This document shows positions 26,734 to 32,000 of a stretch of 32,000 bases of DNA, in pieces. The notes below the pieces were generated by a model that did not search any database, was not told the DNA's origin, and was given only the letters and a program-made list of their open reading frames with translations. Source of the DNA: Desulfobulbus propionicus DSM 2032. GTDB taxonomy: Bacteria > Desulfobacterota > Desulfobulbia > Desulfobulbales > Desulfobulbaceae. Both the position numbers and the translations under genes were made by a program. Each line of letters starts with the position of its first letter. Position 1 is the first letter of the stretch. Where the stretch lies: assembly GCF_000186885.1 (NCBI RefSeq), contig NC_014972.1, positions 3,480,001 through 3,512,000 on the forward strand. The letters run 5' to 3'.

Positions 26734-27849
26734 TCAGCTCCCATCCCTGCCCGCGACCACACCATGACGAGCATAGGTGTCAACCAGTTTTCTCACCATG
26801 CCCCGAAGACCGTAGCGATCGGCAATGATCCGATGTTGGCGTTCCATCCGTTGCGGTTCTCGTCGCGGCAGCTGGGCCAGTTCGTTCAATCCCTGGCAGG
26901 CAGCAGGGACGTCATCGTACGCAACCAGACGATAATCCTCGACCAAGTTGAGTGGCTCCTCGGTGGAAGAAATACGACAGGCGAGCACGGGCAGGCCGTT
27001 GAGCAGGCTCTGGATCAAGGCCTGGGACACGCCCTCTGCCTCGTAGGAGGAAAAAAAACAAAGGTCAAAGGCGCTGAGAAAACACTCGGGCTGCTCCTGA
27101 TGGCCGACAAAGAGCACCCGTTCGGTAACGCCCAATTCCTTGGCCAGGGCCTGAAGCCGGTCCAATTGGTCACCGTCGCCGACCAACATGAACCGGTAGT
27201 GGTCGGGCATGGCTGCCGCTGTCTTGATGATGAACGCATGCCCTTTGTAGGTACGCAGAAAACCGACATTGCCCACCAGAATATGGTGATCGCCAATGCC
27301 ATAGGCCTGACGAATAGCGTGCCGGTGCTGGGGTGAAAAACGAAACCGGGTCTCATCGTTGCCGGTTGACAGGACCACGGTCTTGCCCGCCGCGACGCCC
27401 TGCCTGGTCAACTGGGCGGCAATGGCCTCGCTGCAGGTGAAAATCACATGGGGAAAAAGAGTATAGCTTACGGCCGAGGAGATCGGCGCCAGGACGTGGC
27501 GGGTCCGGATGATCAGCGGCACCCGGCAAAAACGGGCAACAGCCCCGGCCATCCAGGAATCTTCGGAGGAATGCGTGTTGATCACCCTGGGCTTGAGCAT
27601 GCTGACGATCTGATACAGTTCCCGCCAGGCATTGGGATTGAATTTGGCGAAGGTCGAAACGCCGTATACAGGAATGTCCTCGGCGGCGGCCCGCCGCGCC
27701 AGCTCGGCATCGCGGGGAACAATCAGGCCGACGCGGAAACCGAGCCGGCGCATCTCGCGCAGTTCAGTCAGGACCCGGATCTCCTGCCCCCCCCAAACCC
27801 GGCTGCTGTCGGTATGAACCACCAATGGACTCTGTGTATTCGGTTGCAT
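26734..27849 (-). CDS. Glycosyltransferase family 4 (GT-B, GT1 clan)
   Basis: 'LVVHTDSSRVWGGQEIRVLTELREM' is the N-terminal GT4 strand plus Gly-rich loop. The C-terminal 'FFSSYEAEGVSQALIQSLLNGLPVLA' is an E-x7-E-type motif. Start set at the ATG at 27849; the GTG at 27855 is an alternative with better SD spacing. The 87-codon upstream extension in the track is not GT-like. Confidence 0.8.
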   Translation of the reverse strand: MQPNTQSPLVVHTDSSRVWGGQEIRVLTELREMRRLGFRVGLIVPRDAELARRAAAEDIPVYGVSTFAKFNPNAWRELYQIVSMLKPRVINTHSSEDSWMAGAVARFCRVPLIIRTRHVLAPISSAVSYTLFPHVIFTCSEAIAAQLTRQGVAAGKTVVLSTGNDETRFRFSPQHRHAIRQAYGIGDHHILVGNVGFLRTYKGHAFIIKTAAAMPDHYRFMLVGDGDQLDRLQALAKELGVTERVLFVGHQEQPECFLSAFDLCFFSSYEAEGVSQALIQSLLNGLPVLACRISSTEEPLNLVEDYRLVAYDDVPAACQGLNELAQLPRREPQRMERQHRIIADRYGLRGMVRKLVDTYARHGVVAGRDGS

Positions 27850-27935
27850 GCGCACGTGGTGGCCCCTCTGCCTGTCAAGAATAAACCGGCCGTTGGTGAA
27901 CGCCGCCACCCTCCTGCCACAAAGGTCGGGACCGG

Positions 27936-27966
27936 AAAAAATAGGGCAGCGAGCACGCTCCCGCCC
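27936..27966 (-). terminator. Orphan terminator-like hairpin about 90 nt upstream of the GT start
   Basis: Minus strand GGGCGGGAG-CGTG-CTCGCTGCCC (interrupted GC-rich stem), then TATTTTTT. No annotated minus-strand gene lies upstream of it. Confidence 0.4.
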
Positions 27967-28388
27967 CTTGATGCAAATATGGTTGGACAATGCCTCCGCA
28001 CCGACCGCCGTCGGCAAGGCTCCCACCGGTTGCGCGGAAACGCCCGGCAGCGCGATGACGGCGGATAATGGCTCCGCGTCTACCCTATCCACTTTCTTGC
28101 GATCCAACAAGCGTTCTCTCAGCCACTCTCCACGTCCTCTCCCAGGTGGGGTGTTGCCCTCTACGCAAAAACGTCGCCCGCTGCGGCCTTACACGCCATC
28201 TCATTGTTGGCAAAAAAGAGAAACGAACGAACGGCATTTTGAATGCCCGGCAAAAAAATGCAATTAACATTTTGAAAACGCGTGCCGATACCATACCATA
28301 CGGAAGGAATGCGGAGTTCTTTCCGAAAACAAACGGACGACGGATCCCATCGGAGGGGACGTCACAATCAATTCATAGGAGGAAATAC

Positions 28389-28934
28389 ATGAAAAAAACG
28401 TGGAAACGCAGTGCACTTCTCATGGGGACGGCAATGCTTGGGGCGATCGCCCTGTCTGGGACGAATGTGCAGGCAGGTGACGTGACCATGGACATCAATG
28501 TGGAAGTCAACTCAACGCTCACCGAAACTGCGACCAATATGGACTTTGGGACCATCGACCTCAACCCGGCCGGCGATACCGTCACCATCGATGCCACCGC
28601 GGGTTCGGCAACCCCGGCAACCACGGGAACATCGGTCATCACCGGCGGCACCAGCGGCACGATCACCGTGGCTTCGCCCAATGCCTTTACCATCACCGTC
28701 ACCTATCCTGCAACGGCAACCCTCAACGGTTCGGGCACTGCCGCGGGCGAGACCCTGACTGTCAGTGATATCGCCGCGAACTCCGAGGGCGGTAGCGGCA
28801 CTGTTGCAAAATCGTCAGGCCCCTCCCCAGGCTCGGATGCGGTCATTCACGTTGGCGGGGCAATAGTGTTCCCAGCGGACACGGTCAACGGCCCGTACAG
28901 CGGGACCATGACCATCACGCTCAACTATTCATAA
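28389..28934 (+). CDS. DUF4402-like secreted fimbrial subunit 1 (putative major subunit)
   Basis: ATG at 28389 with AGGAGG 7 nt upstream. Signal peptide 'MKKTWKRSALLMGTAMLGAIALSGTNVQA'. 'NMDFGTIDLNPAGDTVTIDA', 'FTITVTYPATATL', 'IHVGGAIVFPADTVNGPYSGTMTITLNYS' reproduce the layout I associate with DUF4402: L/M-x-F-G-x-I, then ...ItLP..., then ...vGGtL......G.Y.G...v.v.Y at the C-terminus. Confidence 0.65.
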   Translation: MKKTWKRSALLMGTAMLGAIALSGTNVQAGDVTMDINVEVNSTLTETATNMDFGTIDLNPAGDTVTIDATAGSATPATTGTSVITGGTSGTITVASPNAFTITVTYPATATLNGSGTAAGETLTVSDIAANSEGGSGTVAKSSGPSPGSDAVIHVGGAIVFPADTVNGPYSGTMTITLNYS

Positions 28935-29434
28935 TGCCCCTTGTGTTTCGGCAAAAAACGGCCAGGGCCCGCTCTTGGCGCGCCCTGGTCACCATGTTGA
29001 TGGGACCGCCTCTCCTTGCCGCTCCGCCCTTGATGGCCGGAGAGGTGGCCCACTTCACAAGCCTTGATTTCGGGACCATAGATCTCAACCCCGGTGGCGA
29101 CACCATCGTTATTGCCGCGCAGCATGGCCCCGCTTCGCCCACGGGCAGCCGTTCGGTGGTGGTGGGCGGCAGCAGCGGCCTGATGCAACTGACCTCCACC
29201 GAAGCGGAACATGTTGAAATCGTCTATCCGGAATCTGTCCTGTTGAGCTGTGGCGGCCGTTCGCTCAACATCACCAATATCGGCCCCAATTCACAGTATT
29301 CTCTTTCAGGAGTCGAGCTGCCCGGAGGGGGGGTGACCCGTTCGGTCAGTATCGGTGGGAGTCTTGCACTGCAGGGTAATGAAACCTCGGGCAGCTGCAG
29401 CGGCTCCATGTCCATCCAACTCAATTTCTTCTAA
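28934..29434 (+). CDS. DUF4402-like secreted fimbrial subunit 2 (paralog, putative minor/tip subunit)
   Basis: TAATG stop/start overlap with subunit 1. Signal-like 'RSWRALVTMLMGPPLLAAPPLMA'. 'SLDFGTIDLNPGGDTIVIAA', 'VSIGGSLALQGNETSGSCSGSMSIQLNFF' parallel subunit 1. No obvious SD. Confidence 0.55.
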   Translation: MPLVFRQKTARARSWRALVTMLMGPPLLAAPPLMAGEVAHFTSLDFGTIDLNPGGDTIVIAAQHGPASPTGSRSVVVGGSSGLMQLTSTEAEHVEIVYPESVLLSCGGRSLNITNIGPNSQYSLSGVELPGGGVTRSVSIGGSLALQGNETSGSCSGSMSIQLNFF

Positions 29435-29447
29435 AGCGGATTGTCCC

Positions 29448-30347
29448 ATGCCCAACATAGTCGCCCCTGTCGGAAAACAGAAATGGTTGCCTCTGGTTGT
29501 ATCGTTGATTGTCATCGGCCTTGTGCTGGTCGGTGCACGTTCCGCCCTGGCCGCGGCGAAAACGCTGATGCTCAATCCCGTTCGGGTCATCTTCACCGAT
29601 CGCCAGCGTACGGTGGAAGTCCATGTGATGAATCCAACCGAGGAAAGTATCACCTATGCCATTTCAACGGTGACCATGCGCAAGGATGGAAAAGGACAAT
29701 TGCAGGAAGTCACCGCCGAGAGCGAAAAAGAGCGTTCAATCAGGAGTATGGTTCGGTTTTCGCCCCGCCGGGCAACCATTGAACCCGGCAAGCGGCAGGT
29801 CGTCAAATTGATGGTCAACAAACCGGGGGATCTTGCCCCGGGTGAATATCAAACCCGTTTGCGGTTCAGCCCCCAGCCCACGGCAGCGCCAACCACGAAT
29901 TCCGGTGCTCCGGCCGCGCGCAAAGGCTCGCAATTTAACGTCGAAATTCTGGTTGACTCGACCATTCCCATCATTATCCAGCACGGGGGGATTGCCGCCG
30001 AGGTTGCCCCGCTTGCCTTGGCGATCAAGCAATCGGCGGACAGTCCCGCCGGAGTGGCCGCAGAGGTCAAGTTGTCGCGCAGCGGCAATGCCTCGGCGTT
30101 TGGCAATGTGTTCCTTCACTACGTGCCGGCCAATGATCCGAAAACCAGTCGTACAATTGGCCAAGCGCAAGGGGTTGCCATCTATCTTCCCGAGGTCGAG
30201 AAAAAAATGCTCATTCCCTTGACGGACATATCTCGCCAGGAGCTTTCCTCCGGGTCCATTCGCGTCTCGTTCCTGCCGGGAACGGGTTCCGCCAACCAGC
30301 GTGAGAATCTGGGACAAAAGGCGGTCAAGGACTTCCCGCTGCGCTGA
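29448..30347 (+). CDS. Periplasmic pilus-assembly chaperone (PapD-like, two Ig-like domains)
   Basis: Start at the ATG at 29448. TM/signal 'KWLPLVVSLIVIGLVLVGARSALA'. 'LMLNPVRVIFTDRQRTVEVHVMNPTEESITYAIS', 'VRFSPRRATIEPGKRQVVKLMV' and 'LAPGEYQTRLRF' match the PapD_N pattern: L-x-x-P-x-R-v, single-residue-spaced strands, P-p-x-x-l-x-P-G-x-x-q-x-v-r. Confidence 0.65.
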   Translation: MPNIVAPVGKQKWLPLVVSLIVIGLVLVGARSALAAAKTLMLNPVRVIFTDRQRTVEVHVMNPTEESITYAISTVTMRKDGKGQLQEVTAESEKERSIRSMVRFSPRRATIEPGKRQVVKLMVNKPGDLAPGEYQTRLRFSPQPTAAPTTNSGAPAARKGSQFNVEILVDSTIPIIIQHGGIAAEVAPLALAIKQSADSPAGVAAEVKLSRSGNASAFGNVFLHYVPANDPKTSRTIGQAQGVAIYLPEVEKKMLIPLTDISRQELSSGSIRVSFLPGTGSANQRENLGQKAVKDFPLR

Positions 30348-30372
30348 CGCTCTCCCTTCCCGCCAACGCGCA

Positions 30373-30414
30373 ACCCGGACCAGGCTGGCCATCGCCGCCT
30401 CTTCCGGGTTTTTT
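30373..30414 (+). terminator. Terminator after the subunit-chaperone operon
   Basis: ACCCGGA...AGGC...GCCT...TCCGGGT interrupted stem, followed by a T6 tract. Confidence 0.6.
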
Positions 30415-30494
30415 CTTGCACGGTTTGTTTTCTTTTTACGGTCCCCGCCGCACCGGGGAAAACGGCAAGGAGCTGGTGAGCCGGCAACGGATAC

Positions 30495-32000
30495 TCAAAT
30501 TTTATTTCGCTGCATATTTGCGTATTTTTGCGCGATCAATTTAGGGTTATACCCTGTCGGCATCCGGTTCGCGGGGAGGGTGGCGATGGGTTGCTGCTCC
30601 CTGGTGGAGTAGTTGACAGGGAGACTGAGCGCGGAACCGGTTCTGGGCCGCATGCGCGCGGCCAACCGGTCAGCCTCGTTCTTGACGCTGAAATCGCCGC
30701 AGGTGACTCGGTAATAGATCCCCTTTTCCTCACCCAGATCGACTTTTGTCACCCGTAGATCCTCGGCGCCGACAATGTCCGCCAGTTTTTGCGCAAGAAT
30801 CTGCATGCCTCTGCGCGCCGCCTCCATGGATTTATACGAGGCAAGATGGACGGCATAGGTGCCGGTGGTCCCGTTTTTTGTCGGCACAGCAGGTGGCTGT
30901 TCCGCTTTGCTGGCCGGTTGTGGGACGGGCGAGGGTATGGCGGCGCGCGTTTCGGTTTCGCGGCGCGCGACCCCGGCTTTGCCATTCGGGGCAGCATTGC
31001 CGGTACCTGTTTGGGCGGCGAAGGTGCTTGCCGCCAAGGTCAAGGGGGCAATGGAAAGAGTGGTTGTTTGTTTGGCGGAAGGCGGTGCGGATGGTTTGAC
31101 AGCGGCAAGGGCTTCATGCCCCATCCCTTGCCGGGTGTCGGAAGAACCGGGCGCGGAGGGGGCCGGTCTGTCGGCAGGCGCCTTGTCGCGATTCCTGTAT
31201 TCAGGTGGGGCAAGAATGATATCGTTGCCGCGGGCGATGGTGCCGTCGTTGTCGATGACAATCTGTTTTTGCCATTCGTCGACCGATTCCTTGAGGCGGG
31301 GATCGGTGCTGGAGGCCTGCAGTGTGTAGGTGCCAGGGAAGACTTTTTCAAACAGGTAGAATCCGTCGTATTCGGAAACGGTTTTTTGGACCTGCTTCCC
31401 CTGCTTGTCGAGCAGTTCCAACTGCACGTTGGCCAGGGGTTCCTTGACGCCCTCCCTGTTGGCAACGTACACCATGCCGTCGATTTCTCCGGTGGAAACA
31501 ACAGGAAAGTCGATGGAATGGACACTGCCCGAACGAGGCAGGACCGCCACGCCGGGAACAGCGGGTTGCCAGTGGGGATCTTTCAACGAATCCGGATCAA
31601 TTTCCACATCGGTTGGCTCGGAGGCGGCGAGCCCGGTGAATTGTGCAACGCCCTGATCATTGGTCCGGACATTTCTCCTGAGTTGCCTGGCCACCACCCT
31701 GACCTCGGGCAGGGGCGTGTCATCTTGATCAAAGACCTTGTTGTTGTTGGCGTCGTGATAAACAAACGCCGTCGTCGCGCCGCGGCCGGATCGTTTTTCC
31801 GATTTCACCACGATTTCCTCGCTCACCGGATCCTTCCCCAGGGAAAAGGAAAGGCCGAGAAAGGCACCAAAATTTCCTTCGGAATCGTACAGGAGACTGG
31901 GAGAAAGAATATATTGGCCAGTGTCGAAGTCAAGGCTGGCCCTGGCCGTGGTCAAGTCTTCCTGCAAATCGTCATCCACCTCGCGAATGACACTGGCGCC
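30495..32000 (-). CDS. Large envelope protein, C-terminal about 500 aa only (5' end outside the window): barrel-end strands, two beta-sandwich (usher-CTD/CarboxypepD_reg-like) domains, Pro/Ala-rich linker, SPOR domain
   Basis: The frame is open to the window edge. 'ASLDFDTGQYILSPSLLYDSEGNFGAFLGLSFSLG' has amphipathic beta-strand character. 'RTNDQGVAQFTGLAASEPTDVEIDPDSL' resembles the usher plug/CTD motif. 'VQLELLDKQGKQVQKTVSEYDGFYLFEKVFPGTYTL' is CarboxypepD_reg-like. The C-terminal 'YAVHLASYKSMEAARRGMQILAQKLADIVGAEDLRVTKVDLGEEKGIYYRVTCGDFSVKNEADRLAARM' fits a SPOR fold pattern. Confidence 0.6.
   Translation of the reverse strand, partial: GASVIREVDDDLQEDLTTARASLDFDTGQYILSPSLLYDSEGNFGAFLGLSFSLGKDPVSEEIVVKSEKRSGRGATTAFVYHDANNNKVFDQDDTPLPEVRVVARQLRRNVRTNDQGVAQFTGLAASEPTDVEIDPDSLKDPHWQPAVPGVAVLPRSGSVHSIDFPVVSTGEIDGMVYVANREGVKEPLANVQLELLDKQGKQVQKTVSEYDGFYLFEKVFPGTYTLQASSTDPRLKESVDEWQKQIVIDNDGTIARGNDIILAPPEYRNRDKAPADRPAPSAPGSSDTRQGMGHEALAAVKPSAPPSAKQTTTLSIAPLTLAASTFAAQTGTGNAAPNGKAGVARRETETRAAIPSPVPQPASKAEQPPAVPTKNGTTGTYAVHLASYKSMEAARRGMQILAQKLADIVGAEDLRVTKVDLGEEKGIYYRVTCGDFSVKNEADRLAARMRPRTGSALSLPVNYSTREQQPIATLPANRMPTGYNPKLIAQKYANMQRNKI

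Noticed and set aside
27051-27058. An A8/T8 homopolymer inside the GT4 coding sequence, as a possible slipped-strand phase-variation switch.
   Set aside because: 8 nt is at the low end for phase variation. Comparable A7-A8 runs occur elsewhere in the window, in Lys-rich codons and in terminators. There is no supporting evidence without population sequencing.
28244-28262. A sigma54-like element (GGCA-N7-TGCA) upstream of the fimbrial operon. Similar TGGCA-containing sequences occur at about 12570 and 28208.
   Set aside because: The GG-to-GC spacing is off by one from the TGGCAC-N5-TTGC consensus, or the -12 element is missing. No enhancer-binding protein gene is nearby.

Overview
High-GC (roughly 60% or more by eye) Gram-negative chromosomal segment. 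The anaerobic-type cbi genes (CbiK, CbiD) suggest an anaerobe, possibly a Desulfobulbales-like deltaproteobacterium, but the taxon call is low confidence. From 29 to 25593 every supported gene is on the minus strand. This stretch contains: (i) a cobalamin-riboswitch-led operon (cbiK, a BtuFCD-like ABC importer, cbiA, cbiC, cbiD, cbiET, cbiL, cbiF, continuing past the left edge); (ii) a PLP group II decarboxylase followed 2 nt later by an unusual double-HTH coiled-coil protein; (iii) a DUF4388/MshEN-like protein, an M24 peptidase, and the carboxy(nor)spermidine dehydrogenase/decarboxylase pair; (iv) housekeeping genes nadC, valS, a dGTPase-like gene, prfB (with its canonical +1 frameshift site), lnt and corC. 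A tRNA-Lys(CUU) at 25843-25918 marks a change in character. To its right, GC drops and becomes patchy and strand polarity becomes mixed. The genes there are accessory: an orphan secreted beta-rich protein, a GT4 glycosyltransferase, two paralogous DUF4402-like secreted subunits, a PapD-like periplasmic chaperone, and a convergent large envelope protein (5' end outside the window) with usher-like C-terminal features and a terminal SPOR domain. This compact, uncharacterised chaperone-usher-like fimbrial locus is my best candidate for the novel system. No CRISPR array, integrase, transposase or rRNA was seen. All calls come from reading the translated ORFs and the DNA by eye; no database search was run.
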